Below the pieces are notes generated by a model that was not told the DNA's origin, did no database searches, and worked only from the letters and a program-made list of their open reading frames with translations. Source: Bacteroidota bacterium (GTDB lineage Bacteria > Bacteroidota > Bacteroidia > AKYH767-A > 2013-40CM-41-45). From it: a DNA stretch of 64,000 nucleotides. Positions 19,615-30,195 of this stretch are shown here, one piece after another; position 1 is the stretch's first letter; every line of letters starts with the position of its first letter. The stretch is taken from positions 5,413 through 69,412 of the forward strand of contig JANOVM010000039.1 of NCBI GenBank assembly GCA_031417395.1, in the 5' to 3' direction. A program made the translations under genes and the position numbers.

Positions 19615-20424
19615 TTAAAGAGCAATTTGATAGCCAATAGAAAAGAGCCACTCTAAACAAAAGAAACTATGATTGGCTTTTGAATCTCCGACTGAAAGCA
19701 CATCCAGATAATTTGCATAAACACCTTTAAATCCTGTTTCAGCGATAAGGTGTTTTCTGAATTGATAGTGTATGCCAAGGTCAAGTCCGGAAACATAACC
19801 TGCTACATGGTAGTTATTATTTTGATTTACGTTGAATAGGGCAACTTCACTTTGAGGAATTACTATTCCTGCTCCCGGTTTTAAAGTATATGAAAAGACA
19901 TTGCTTCCTGACGGGCTATGATAAAATTCGATTTTATAAACGAGACTCAACATTAAAAAATTAGCACCATTGGTATGCTCGAAACGAACAAATTTTTCTG
20001 ATAAAATAGTGTCTTTGTCTATATAGTTTTCGTGGATTTTACCTTTAACATGTGCAATCTGATTTTTAGTCATAATGTATTTGGCGTGATCAAAACCAAT
20101 TTCAATTCCGATTTTTGGATGACGGGCAAACGAATACCCAATTCTGTATATAAACTGTGGAATTGATATATTTGTATTAAAAGCCTTTTCAAACCTTGGT
20201 AAATCGTGAGCAGTCACATCATATATGGTAAAATTAAAATCATTGTTGGACACACTTTCAAAATGGAGATCACTGCGAGAAAACCAATCTTTATTATATC
20301 CCCATAAAAAATAAAGTCGGCCTTTAGGTTTCTCTTCTATACTCTCAGCAGAATAAACTGAAACTGAACATGTGTTTAAACTAATTAGAGCGAAGAATAT
20401 GACAACTGTTTTTTGTATATTCAT
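19615..20424 (-). CDS. Outer-membrane β-barrel-like hypothetical protein (signal peptide), immediately upstream of the RND exporter
   Basis: Signal 'MNIQKTVVIFFALISLNTCSV'. Alternating amphipathic β-strands with aromatic girdle residues. Confidence 0.4.
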   Translation of the reverse strand: MNIQKTVVIFFALISLNTCSVSVYSAESIEEKPKGRLYFLWGYNKDWFSRSDLHFESVSNNDFNFTIYDVTAHDLPRFEKAFNTNISIPQFIYRIGYSFARHPKIGIEIGFDHAKYIMTKNQIAHVKGKIHENYIDKDTILSEKFVRFEHTNGANFLMLSLVYKIEFYHSPSGSNVFSYTLKPGAGIVIPQSEVALFNVNQNNNYHVAGYVSGLDLGIHYQFRKHLIAETGFKGVYANYLDVLSVGDSKANHSFFCLEWLFSIGYQIAL

Positions 20425-20626
20425 GAGGGTGTAAAATTATGTATTTTTTTATGTTGTAAAGAAATATTAATCGTAATCAGGCATTGAAGTTTGGTTTTTA
20501 AAAAAACACTTTTGTTTCTGTTCTATCGTTTTAGTATTAATTTCGGGAGGTTTTTTCAAAAAGCACCATTGTTTAAAATTTGACTATCAATTAGCTTCTA
20601 AGTATATTGCCCTAATATTTACTCCG

Positions 20627-21496
20627 ATGAAAAAATATCAATTAAGTTGTTTATTTATTTTAATTATTTCATTATCAACATCTTGCAAAAAAGATGATGT
20701 CAATGATTCCCGGGCTCTTTTAGGTGAAAAGGCAGCTGTTATTTCAACTCCAACAATTATCACCAAACCGGTTTTGAGTATTACAGATACCACTGCAGAA
20801 AGTGGTGGAGTGATTTCATCCGATGGTGGTGATTCTATAATTGCCCGTGGCATTTGCTGGAGCACATCTTCGAATCCTACAATTGCGAATTTTACAACTT
20901 CCGATAGCACTGGAACAGGCAGTTTCAACAGCAACCTTACCGGACTTAGTCCCGGAACCACTTATTATGTGAGGGCTTATGCTACAAATAGTATTGGAAC
21001 TGCTTACGGTCAGCAGGTAAGCTTTACAACATCTATCCTATTAACTATTGGAATGAACTACCGGGGTGGTATTATTTTTTATATTGATTCTACCGGAATG
21101 CATGGTATTGTATGTGCAGCAGCAGATCAAAGTGTTTTAGCGGATTGGGGATGTCCCAACGTTGCAATTACAGGGGCTGATGCATCTGCTTTGGGTACAG
21201 GCAAACAAAACACTATTGATATACTGGCAACCTGCCCAACAGCAACAGCAGCAAATATTTGTGATACTTTAACCTTGAATGGTTATAATGACTGGTTCCT
21301 GCCTTCCAAATCAGAGCTAAACCTTATGTACAGCAATCTTCATCTTTCAGGATTGGGCAATTTTGGAAACCTGGCATACTGGTCTTCTACTGAAATGACT
21401 GCTTCTTTTGCATGGCAGGTAATTTTCAGCGGAGGTATTTTACAGGGAACAACAAAGAATAATTTAATTGCTGTTCGTGCTGCAAGAGAGTTCTGA
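20627..21496 (+). CDS. Lipoprotein with an FN3-like domain and a C-terminal DUF1566 (Lcl-like) domain
   Basis: Lipobox 'LSTSC'. FN3-like 'GLSPGTTYYVRAYATNSIGTAYGQ'. DUF1566-like 'YNDWFLPSKSELNLMYSNL…AYWSSTE'. Confidence 0.6.
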   Translation: MKKYQLSCLFILIISLSTSCKKDDVNDSRALLGEKAAVISTPTIITKPVLSITDTTAESGGVISSDGGDSIIARGICWSTSSNPTIANFTTSDSTGTGSFNSNLTGLSPGTTYYVRAYATNSIGTAYGQQVSFTTSILLTIGMNYRGGIIFYIDSTGMHGIVCAAADQSVLADWGCPNVAITGADASALGTGKQNTIDILATCPTATAANICDTLTLNGYNDWFLPSKSELNLMYSNLHLSGLGNFGNLAYWSSTEMTASFAWQVIFSGGILQGTTKNNLIAVRAAREF

Positions 21497-21631
21497 TCAC
21501 AATAGGAAAATATCCTTATCCGGTCATAGTTAAATACTATCATTTAATATGTTACAAATGCTGACCTTAAAATAATAGGTTCAATTATTCATTTTATTTC
21601 TACATTTTTGTATTCTTAAATACACTATACC

Positions 21632-22825
21632 ATGTATGAAACGCTGAAGCCCGTTCTTATAAAAGAACTTGAGGAAATAAAAGCTGCAGGTCTGTTTAAA
21701 ACAGAACGCATTATAAGTACGCCACAAGGTGCTGCCATCCGTGCCAATGGAAAAGATGTAATAAACTTTTGTGCCAATAATTATCTTGGACTTTCTTCTC
21801 ATCCCAAGGTAATTGAAGCAGCAAAAAAAGCAATAGACACGCATGGTTATGGAATGTCGTCCGTCCGTTTTATTTGCGGTACGCAGGATATTCATAAAGA
21901 ACTGGAACAAAAAATCTCTAAGTTCTTAGGTACAGAAGACACTATACTCTATGCAGCAGCTTTTGATGCCAACGGTGGTGTGTTCGAGCCTTTGTTGAAC
22001 GAACAGGATGCAATCATCAGTGATGAATTAAACCATGCTTCAATTATAGACGGAGTTCGCTTATGCAAAGCACAACGTTTTCGTTACAAGCATAACGATA
22101 TGGGAGAACTCGAAAAAATACTGAAGGATACCCAACAACTTCGTCACCGCATGATTGTTACAGATGGTGTTTTCAGTATGGATGGAACCATTGCCCAGCT
22201 GGATAAAATTGTTGAATTAGCCGACCGTTACAAAGCTCTTATTATGATTGATGAATGTCACGCTTCCGGCTTTATGGGTAAAACAGGACGTGGTACTCAT
22301 GAGTACAGAAATGTAATGGGTAAAATTGACATCATAACGGGCACGTTGGGAAAAGCGCTTGGCGGTGCCATGGGAGGATTTACAAGCGGTAAAAAAGAAA
22401 TTGTAGAAATTCTTCGCCAGCGTTCACGGCCGTATCTTTTTTCAAATTCACTGGCGCCTTCCATTGTCGGAGCGTCTATTGCCGTAATCGATATGCTCAG
22501 TGAGACAACTCAATTGCGTGATAAATTGTGGGAGAATACAAAATACTTTCGTGAGAAAATTACTGCTGCTGGATTTGACATCAAGCCCGGCGAACATCCT
22601 ATCGTTCCGGTTATGCTGTACGAAGCAAAACTTGCACAGGAATTTGCAGCTCGTTTGCTCGATGAAGGTATTTATGTTATAGGTTTCTTTTATCCTGTAG
22701 TTGCCAAGGGCAATGCAAGAATCCGCGTGCAAATTTCTGCAGCCCATGAAAAGAAACATCTTGACCACGCAGTAAGCGCTTTTGAAAAAGTTGGAAGGGA
22801 ATTGGGAGTTCTAAAGGAAATTTAA
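21632..22825 (+). CDS. kbl: Glycine C-acetyltransferase (2-amino-3-ketobutyrate CoA ligase)
   Basis: Near-collinear with E. coli Kbl: '[10 protein letters not shown]…[16 protein letters not shown]…[30 protein letters not shown]…[22 protein letters not shown]'. Confidence 0.9.
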   Translation: MYETLKPVLIKELEEIKAAGLFKTERIISTPQGAAIRANGKDVINFCANNYLGLSSHPKVIEAAKKAIDTHGYGMSSVRFICGTQDIHKELEQKISKFLGTEDTILYAAAFDANGGVFEPLLNEQDAIISDELNHASIIDGVRLCKAQRFRYKHNDMGELEKILKDTQQLRHRMIVTDGVFSMDGTIAQLDKIVELADRYKALIMIDECHASGFMGKTGRGTHEYRNVMGKIDIITGTLGKALGGAMGGFTSGKKEIVEILRQRSRPYLFSNSLAPSIVGASIAVIDMLSETTQLRDKLWENTKYFREKITAAGFDIKPGEHPIVPVMLYEAKLAQEFAARLLDEGIYVIGFFYPVVAKGNARIRVQISAAHEKKHLDHAVSAFEKVGRELGVLKEI

Positions 22826-22830
22826 TAAAA

Positions 22831-23292
22831 TTGGTAACAATTTATACAGATGGAAGTGCCCGAGGAAACCCCGGTCCGGGAGGTTATGGTGTTGTGCTAA
22901 TTTCCGGAAGTCACCGCAAAGAAATTTCTGAAGGCTACAGGCTTACTACAAATAATAGGATGGAGTTGTTAAGCGTAATCGTTGCACTCGAAGCATTAAA
23001 ACAAAACGAAGCCACAGCGGTAGTGCATTCCGATTCAAAATATGTGGTAGATGCTGTAGAAAAGAAATGGGTTTTCGGATGGGAGAAGAAAAATTTTAGT
23101 GGAAAAAAAAATTCTGATTTATGGAGGCGCTTTCTTTTAATTTACAGAAAACACAAGGTTCGTTTTGTCTGGGTAAAAGGACATGCCGAAACCAAAGAAA
23201 ACAATCGGTGCGACGAATTGGCTGTACAAGCTTCTTTTAATCCTGAACTAAAAATTGACAGCTGGTATGAGCTTAATGGAAAGGTCAATTAA
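22831..23292 (+). CDS. rnhA: Ribonuclease HI
   Basis: 'IYTDGSARGNPGPGGYGVVL…TNNRMELLSVIVALEAL…VKGHAETKENNRCDELA' contains the RNase H catalytic DEDD region. Confidence 0.9.
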   Translation: MVTIYTDGSARGNPGPGGYGVVLISGSHRKEISEGYRLTTNNRMELLSVIVALEALKQNEATAVVHSDSKYVVDAVEKKWVFGWEKKNFSGKKNSDLWRRFLLIYRKHKVRFVWVKGHAETKENNRCDELAVQASFNPELKIDSWYELNGKVN

Positions 23293-23502
23293 AAGTCAAT
23301 TTTCTTTTTTGATTAATCCGTGATTTACATTTCCGTTTTTCAAAAAAATAGGATAAAAAGTAAATCTATCTAAAGACGAAATAATTTTCCAATGGGTTGT
23401 ACCAACATTGTTAAAGTTTGTTAACTTGATCTTTTTTTCCGGCGAACTATATTTTTATGTCAAAACATTATTAAATTTGATTTTAATGTAAAGTCCGCTA
23501 CT

Positions 23503-25116
23503 ATGATAACACACACTCTCTATCGTTTTGCAGTTGCATTTCTTTTCTTACAACTCAATATTTATTTCTCTATTGGTCAGACCACTTTTGTTCATAGAAC
23601 CGGAAGTGTTCATAGCGATTACGGTGTTTCCTGCCAACCTACTTACGACGGCGGCATTATTGTCGCACAGGTAAGTTCTACCAATGGAATGGATCTTCAC
23701 TCAGGACTGGTAAAAACAGATGATGCCGGTAATATGCAATGGTATCAGTTGTATCAGGTCGGAGAATATACTGTCCCCGCTTCTGTATTGCAGGCAAAGG
23801 ATGAAGGTTATATAGTTCTTGCCAGAGCAGCAGACACTTCGTTTTTAAATAACAATAAGCATTTCCTCTTATTGTATAAAACAAACCCTGTAGGGGTAAC
23901 GCAATGGAATAAACAATATACCTTATCCGGAAACGATTTACCGTTGAACCTTGTTCACAGGAAAGCGGGTGGATATATTTCGTTTTCAATTGGAGATTAC
24001 AATCTTGGAGGCTATCCTAAAACCGTTGTAACAGTTTATGAAGATGATGGTGACATAACTTGGTCAAAACAATTTTCCGCTCTTTATGGACTTTCCGGTA
24101 AGAAAGGAATTGAAATGCCTAACGGTAACATATGCTTTATTGCTTCAGCGGCAGATCCTGATGTACTTTCTTTTGTTGATGTTGTTGTAACCATGCTTGA
24201 TCCAAATGGTAATTTGCTTTGGTCAAAGAATTTTGGTACTTACTACGACGATGAAGGGTATGCAATTGCCGCGAATGATTCAAATGAAATTTTTATTACC
24301 GGAAGGAATTATTTTTTGAATCGTGAATGGGATAGTTTTCTTATTAAACTTGACAGGAACGGTAACAAAATTCTTTCTCGAGTATATGATGGCGGAACAA
24401 GTATGGGAGAAATTATGCGTTGCGTTGTAGCATACAATGACGGCTCCTGTAAGCTTCTCGGCGATATTGGAACCTTTAATGAAAGGGATATTACACTTCT
24501 TAATATTGATTCCAATGGTTCTGTTGCATCTGTAAAGCGTTATGCATTCTCATTATTGTTCACCAATTATCCATATGAAATGTTCCGTGCTGTCGATGGA
24601 GGTCTTGTTTTTACGGGTGATTATCGTCCACCAACAACTTACAGGGATGCAATAATAGTAAAAACAGAAGCGGATGGCAGCCTTAATTGCTATGGCGCAC
24701 CGATGAGCATTACAGAATACAATGAGGTATTTCACGACTCTGTTTTTAATGTGACATCGGCTAACTCCATCGTAGCACCGCATACTTTTTTAGAAACATC
24801 TGTTGTCAATCCGTTTTTAGATCACGTAGTATGCCCGTTAAGTACGGGCGTAGATGAGTCGCCAAATGATAAGGAGAATACAATAAATATTTTCCCTAAT
24901 CCAGTATCGGAGCAGCTTACCGTTAAACTAAATACCGGGGAATATCTAAAATCTTTGCGGATTTATAGCGCGGATGGAAAAGAAGTATATTTTGAAAAGT
25001 GTAGTGATCGTAAGAATACGTTCTCTTATCAAACAACTACTTTATCGGCAGGAATTTATTTTCTTGAATGTGTTTCCAATTCGCAGGTGTGGAAAAGAAA
25101 GTTTTTAAAGTACTAA
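23503..25116 (+). CDS. Secreted β-propeller-like hypothetical protein with a T9SS type-A CTD
   Basis: Repeated 'G(N/D)xxW(S/N)Kx(F/Y)' blades. C-terminal 'IFPNPVSEQLTVKLN…GIYFLECVSN'. Confidence 0.65.
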   Translation: MITHTLYRFAVAFLFLQLNIYFSIGQTTFVHRTGSVHSDYGVSCQPTYDGGIIVAQVSSTNGMDLHSGLVKTDDAGNMQWYQLYQVGEYTVPASVLQAKDEGYIVLARAADTSFLNNNKHFLLLYKTNPVGVTQWNKQYTLSGNDLPLNLVHRKAGGYISFSIGDYNLGGYPKTVVTVYEDDGDITWSKQFSALYGLSGKKGIEMPNGNICFIASAADPDVLSFVDVVVTMLDPNGNLLWSKNFGTYYDDEGYAIAANDSNEIFITGRNYFLNREWDSFLIKLDRNGNKILSRVYDGGTSMGEIMRCVVAYNDGSCKLLGDIGTFNERDITLLNIDSNGSVASVKRYAFSLLFTNYPYEMFRAVDGGLVFTGDYRPPTTYRDAIIVKTEADGSLNCYGAPMSITEYNEVFHDSVFNVTSANSIVAPHTFLETSVVNPFLDHVVCPLSTGVDESPNDKENTINIFPNPVSEQLTVKLNTGEYLKSLRIYSADGKEVYFEKCSDRKNTFSYQTTTLSAGIYFLECVSNSQVWKRKFLKY

Positions 25117-25156
25117 TCAAAATTTTATTTTACCATCAAATTCGAAGAATGAATTT

Positions 25157-25912
25157 TCAGAATTCAATAAGCTTCCCTTCACCGGAAATGGATTGATTAA
25201 TTGAATTTGGTTTACCTGTGTAATAGATATTGCCAACATATTCAATCTCGGCTCCGAGTTCTTCTTTTACATTTATTCTGCAATCGCCTGTTGATCTATT
25301 TCTAACATAGGTATAGAAAGTTTTTAATTTTTCAGCATCCAGTGTGGCTACATCGTTTAAATAAACATAATTAACACCGGAATATCCTGCTAATTGAAAA
25401 TCAGCCCTGCCGACGTTATTATTAATATGTGTTTTATCAGAATTGAAAAACAGATTAATTGAACCGGAGCCATTCCAGCAATCGATGTAAAACTCTTTCG
25501 TGCGGATTGTGTCTTTACAGGAAATATTTCCCGAGCCGTAGTAATCAATTTTTTCAGGTAAGTCCATTCCAATTTCAACAATATAGGTATTGCTGAAACT
25601 TCGCATCCAATTGCAACGGTTTTCATTTCTTATGTAAAGTGTATTACCGCTTAATTCGGTGATAATACCATCTACAAGATTTTCTCCAGCGGTAACTTTA
25701 ATATAGAAAGACGAATTTGGTACAATTACCAGATCAACATTGTTCTTCAGATCGATTTTAGAAAAGGCTGAAACAGGCCGGGATTGAGAAATTGTTTTTC
25801 CTGCGTTTTTAAAACAATCGAGCATATGATCTTTTTTACAAGTAGTTAATGTGCCAATTGCAACAAGCAGAAGGAATATTTTAGTTTTCATTATTATTTT
25901 GGAGTGAACCAC
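25157..25912 (-). CDS. Lipoprotein, DUF2807-like (putative adhesin head 'GIN' β-helix)
   Basis: Signal plus 'TTCKKD' lipobox. The repetitive β-solenoid-like 'VDLVIVPNSSFYIKVTAGENL' pattern is only weakly diagnostic. Confidence 0.4.
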   Translation of the reverse strand: MVHSKIIMKTKIFLLLVAIGTLTTCKKDHMLDCFKNAGKTISQSRPVSAFSKIDLKNNVDLVIVPNSSFYIKVTAGENLVDGIITELSGNTLYIRNENRCNWMRSFSNTYIVEIGMDLPEKIDYYGSGNISCKDTIRTKEFYIDCWNGSGSINLFFNSDKTHINNNVGRADFQLAGYSGVNYVYLNDVATLDAEKLKTFYTYVRNRSTGDCRINVKEELGAEIEYVGNIYYTGKPNSINQSISGEGKLIEF

Positions 25913-25927
25913 TGAATAAGTTTTAAA

Positions 25928-27094
25928 TTATTTTTTTGTTATTCTGTAACCAACTCCCAATTCAATCATATCAGCTCGGGCATAATGGGATTTAAGATTC
26001 AGGCAAAGGAAGACTTTCTTGAAATAATAATTCAGACAAATTTTGTGATAAATATTGCCATCATCCTTCCAGCCATTGTAAAGATAATAACCCATATTAA
26101 ACATTAGTCCGATTTTATGAAATGATAAATGATATGCGCCATAAAGTCCCGGACGGAAATCATCGATGCTTTTGGATTGTGTCAAGCCCAGCCTGTCAAT
26201 ACGTGCCGAAATGGAATTATCATAGAATAAATCAAACCCTAATCCCCAGGCACTTTTATTGCTAATCGGTTTGAAATACATAGAAGAGATTGCGGCAGCA
26301 AAATATTGTTTGCCTAGCGGAGGATAGATGCTTTTTGAAAAACCACCTGCATGGATCAGGATAGCAGGCTTTTTACTGAAAGGTTGAGTCTCCCGTTTAA
26401 CAAAAGCTTTTTTATCTCCGAAGGCTAAGCGATAGGCGAGATTTATTGTTGCTATATTAATACCAAGGTTTGGAAGGTGAAATGCTCCATTTGAAAAATG
26501 GGTAATGCCTGCGCCCAATTCCAAATCGGATTTTTTTGAAATTCTTTTTTCATAATGAAGATCAAAATGTACTGCTTCATTGAAATGGGAGCCGATTGCA
26601 GCATTTTTAAAATTATCCTTTCTGTTAAATATTTTTTCAACATAACCCAATCCCATTCCGTATCGAAAATGCAAACCCCGGAGGTGATTTTTGCCCAGGG
26701 GAAAATCAATAAAAGGATAGAGTGCTATACCGGTCCCTAATTTTTCTTTACTTCCCAAATCAAAAGCGGCAATCGTAATTCCGTATGAAGGAAAATTAAA
26801 ATTGTTTTCCCAGTCATCCTTTCCAAAACTTTGTCTGGAAATTGTTATTTCAAAACCTTTTACATGTTCTTCCTGCAAAGGCTCGAGTGCAGGACGGTGG
26901 GCAATGATGAAGCCGTAATCAGTTCTTATTTGTAAATTCCAGTTTCCATTGGTGGAGTCATTATTGGAAACACACAAAGCATGAAAAGGGTAAAACAGAA
27001 TCAATAAATGAAATAAAATTCCAAAATTCCATTGAATGACGTTCAAAGCTTTTATTACAAAGAGCTTATTTTTCAATTGCATTAATTTTTTCAT
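25928..27094 (-). CDS. Outer-membrane acyloxyacyl hydrolase-like (PagL-like lipid A deacylase fold) protein
   Basis: H-x-S-N-G motif 'GITHFSNGAF' within a β-barrel-like sequence. Confidence 0.45.
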   Translation of the reverse strand: MKKLMQLKNKLFVIKALNVIQWNFGILFHLLILFYPFHALCVSNNDSTNGNWNLQIRTDYGFIIAHRPALEPLQEEHVKGFEITISRQSFGKDDWENNFNFPSYGITIAAFDLGSKEKLGTGIALYPFIDFPLGKNHLRGLHFRYGMGLGYVEKIFNRKDNFKNAAIGSHFNEAVHFDLHYEKRISKKSDLELGAGITHFSNGAFHLPNLGINIATINLAYRLAFGDKKAFVKRETQPFSKKPAILIHAGGFSKSIYPPLGKQYFAAAISSMYFKPISNKSAWGLGFDLFYDNSISARIDRLGLTQSKSIDDFRPGLYGAYHLSFHKIGLMFNMGYYLYNGWKDDGNIYHKICLNYYFKKVFLCLNLKSHYARADMIELGVGYRITKK

Positions 27095-29663
27095 GCAATT
27101 TATTTTTGAAGGTTTTCAATTCAAGCAAGGCGGACTGCTTTTCTGTGAGAACAATAGAATCTTTTATCGTAAGTAGTTCTTCTTCTGATTTAGTTATTTT
27201 TTTGTTTATGGATGATTCGATCTCACGTAGTACATTCAAAAAACTTGATCGATAATACCGGGAAATCGGACGTTTTGCCCTTTCAAGAAGGATGTCTGTA
27301 CCTTTGCTAAGTATTGAAAGACTCTTGTTATTTTCTAAATATTTTTGAAAATCTTTTAGCACTGTTTGACGCGTATAATAACTTGTTAAACGAAGAGCTC
27401 TTTTATAGAATGCAGTTTTATCTTCGGAAGAATTGCTGTAAAGTTCCGATAATCTGGGGAGTAAAGCTCTGCCGCTGTCTTTTTCAATGACGGCTACCAG
27501 TTCATTAGCTTTTGCTTTATCTTTTTCACTAATAATTTTAAAAGCTCTTGCAATAACTTTATAGGAAGAGTCTTTCAATGCATCTACAATAACTTCTTTA
27601 TTGGCGGAGTAGCTAAAGTATTTTCCGAAACCTGTTAAAGCTTTTTCTCTAACAGCAGGAACCGAATCTGAGGATATCATTTTTTTAAGAATCTCTTTTA
27701 CGCTTCCTGTATCATTCATTGCCAGTTCACCGATGTTGTTTAAGGCTGCTATACGAATGCTGTAAAATTTATCGTTTAAAGCTTCAATCATTAAATTAGC
27801 TTCAGGTGTTTTTATGGAGTAATTGCTGCCAATTTTTGATACAGCTTCATAACGATCAAGAAACAGCGGAGCGTGCTCGTATTGAAAGATAAATTCTTTA
27901 TTTGTTTTATTGTCGTTTTTATTGCAAAGAAGCATTTTCTCCGCATCAACATTTACAAGATCGGGTTTTGACGGAAGATCAAATTGAAATTCCTGAGTAG
28001 CTTCTTCGACTATTACTTTTTTTCTTTCAACTTTTCCATTGTAGTAGATGTCTATATCAAGGGGAATTTTGTATAATGGGTTTTTGGAAAAGTCTTGTTT
28101 TTGTTTAATGGTTACTGTTTCTTTTTTAAGACTGTCGCTCCATTTGTAATCGATGTAAATATTCGGATGGCCGCCACTGAGGAACCATTGATTGAAATAC
28201 CAATTAAGATCTTCTCCTGTGATTTTTTCAAAAGCAAGGCGCAAGTCATGTACCTCTGCTGTACCAAAGCGGTGATTGTTGAGATAATACCGCAAGGATT
28301 CAAAGAAAGCTTTATCGCCTGTATATTTTCTTAACATGTGAAGAGCTCTTCCTCCTTTATTGTAAGAGACGGCATCGTATAGATCTTCCCTGTCATCGTA
28401 TTGAAAGCGGATTAAGGGTGGATCGAACTGTGTGGCGGAATTTAAATAACCTGACTGATCTCCTAAATTAAGATTATCTGCATTCTCGCGTCCATATTTA
28501 TATTCTCTCCATAAATATTCGCCGTAATTTGCAAAACCCTCATTTAATGCAATGTTACTCCACGATTCACAGGTTACCAGATCACCAAACCAATGGTGAA
28601 TTAATTCATGCGATATGTAGTCCTCATAATTTCCATCCTTAAATTCACGTGGATCCTGTTGCATGTTATTGCCATGAACAACAGCGGTTGTATTTTCCAT
28701 GGCACCAGAAACAAAATCGTGGACAACAATCTGCGAGTACTTTTCCCACGGATACGGAACGCCTAATTTTTCAGAGAAAAAATCTATCATTTCCGGTGTG
28801 TTGCCGAAAATCATTTTTGCATATTTTTCATAGGGAGGATCTACATAATAATTAACTTCAATATTTTTCCATTTATCTTTTACAACAGCATAGTTACCAA
28901 CCGCTATCATCGTCAGGTAAGGTGCTGCCGGCAGACTTTGTTTCCAATAGTCTGTTTTTGTGCCGTTTTTATTAATGGTAGAAGAAAGCAGAAGTCCATT
29001 TGAAAGAGTGGTAAAAGCAGTATCTACAGTAATATAAATTTCCTGTGTCATTTTTTGCTGGGGACCTTCTATAGTTGGAAACCATGCTGAATTTGATTCT
29101 GTTTCACCCTGCGTCCAAACCTGTGTTGGAGTATCGGCATCCGAACTGTCGGCATTAATAAAATACAGTCCTTTGTTGCTTTCTATTGCTTCGCTTCCTC
29201 CGGCTTTTAATTTTTCAGGATGTGATGTATAATCTATATATAATTTAAAAGATTCTTCTTTGTTGTAAATGCGATCGAGGTGAATGTGTAATAAAAGAGA
29301 ATCGTATTCAAATTTTAATGGAAGATATTCACCTTTTTCATTGATCAGAGCTAACTCACCAATATACATTCCCCGGGCATTCAAAACCACACTGTCGGTT
29401 GGATAAAAATGGGGTTGTAGTGTTATTACTGCTTTACCTGTCAGCTCTTTTGCTTTCCAGTTAAAGGAAACCTCAAGTCGGGTATGAATGAGGTCAACAA
29501 ATTTTGTATAAGTGCTACGATAAATTTCCTTTTTGTAAGACTCTGCTTCTTTTTGTTTTGTTGGTTTTGTTTTTGAAACAGGGGACTTTGTGCTGCAGGA
29601 AATGAGAAAAATAATTGAAATGCCCCAAATTATAGTTTTTATCATGATGGCCAAATATAGCAT
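27066..29663 (-). CDS. M1-family zinc aminopeptidase (aminopeptidase N-like) with C-terminal HEAT/ARM-like repeats
   Basis: 'GAMEN' exopeptidase motif ('VSGAMENTTAV') and HExxH 'HELIHHWFGDLVT' + downstream E. Signal peptide. 865 aa. Confidence 0.9.
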   Translation of the reverse strand: MLYLAIMIKTIIWGISIIFLISCSTKSPVSKTKPTKQKEAESYKKEIYRSTYTKFVDLIHTRLEVSFNWKAKELTGKAVITLQPHFYPTDSVVLNARGMYIGELALINEKGEYLPLKFEYDSLLLHIHLDRIYNKEESFKLYIDYTSHPEKLKAGGSEAIESNKGLYFINADSSDADTPTQVWTQGETESNSAWFPTIEGPQQKMTQEIYITVDTAFTTLSNGLLLSSTINKNGTKTDYWKQSLPAAPYLTMIAVGNYAVVKDKWKNIEVNYYVDPPYEKYAKMIFGNTPEMIDFFSEKLGVPYPWEKYSQIVVHDFVSGAMENTTAVVHGNNMQQDPREFKDGNYEDYISHELIHHWFGDLVTCESWSNIALNEGFANYGEYLWREYKYGRENADNLNLGDQSGYLNSATQFDPPLIRFQYDDREDLYDAVSYNKGGRALHMLRKYTGDKAFFESLRYYLNNHRFGTAEVHDLRLAFEKITGEDLNWYFNQWFLSGGHPNIYIDYKWSDSLKKETVTIKQKQDFSKNPLYKIPLDIDIYYNGKVERKKVIVEEATQEFQFDLPSKPDLVNVDAEKMLLCNKNDNKTNKEFIFQYEHAPLFLDRYEAVSKIGSNYSIKTPEANLMIEALNDKFYSIRIAALNNIGELAMNDTGSVKEILKKMISSDSVPAVREKALTGFGKYFSYSANKEVIVDALKDSSYKVIARAFKIISEKDKAKANELVAVIEKDSGRALLPRLSELYSNSSEDKTAFYKRALRLTSYYTRQTVLKDFQKYLENNKSLSILSKGTDILLERAKRPISRYYRSSFLNVLREIESSINKKITKSEEELLTIKDSIVLTEKQSALLELKTFKNKLHEKINAIEK

Positions 29664-29685
29664 TTAAATCAATTTTAAATCAAAA

Positions 29686-30195
29686 TTGTATCTTTACAAC
29701 ATGTACAAGGCAATCATACAAAACCGAACCTTTGAAATTTCCGGTAAAAAAAATGAAGTAATTGATGGTCTTTCCCAGAACCTCGATATACTTGAATATA
29801 GAAAAGGCAAATTTCATATTATTCTGGATAAACGTTCTTATAGTGCAGAAGTTTTATCTGTTGATTCAGAAACTAAAACTTGTGAAATAAAAGTTGAAAA
29901 TACCATAATTACGGTTTCTGTTAAGGATAAATACGATGAATTACTTAAGGATATGGGAATTGATGAAGTTGCCGGTAAACGCATCAATGACATAAAAGCT
30001 CCAATGCCGGGAATGGTCTTGCACGTAATGGTACAGAATGGACAACCCATAAAAAAAGGTGATGCCATTGTCGTATTAGAAGCTATGAAAATGGAAAATA
30101 TTTTGAAATCTCCATCCGACGGCATCATAAAAAATATTCTTGTCGTAACCGGAGATAAGGTTGAAAAAAATCAGGTAATGGTAAACTTTGAATAA
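29686..30195 (+). CDS. Biotin carboxyl carrier-type (biotinyl-domain) protein
   Basis: C-terminal biotinylation motif 'VLEAMKMENIL'. Confidence 0.75.
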   Translation: MYLYNMYKAIIQNRTFEISGKKNEVIDGLSQNLDILEYRKGKFHIILDKRSYSAEVLSVDSETKTCEIKVENTIITVSVKDKYDELLKDMGIDEVAGKRINDIKAPMPGMVLHVMVQNGQPIKKGDAIVVLEAMKMENILKSPSDGIIKNILVVTGDKVEKNQVMVNFE

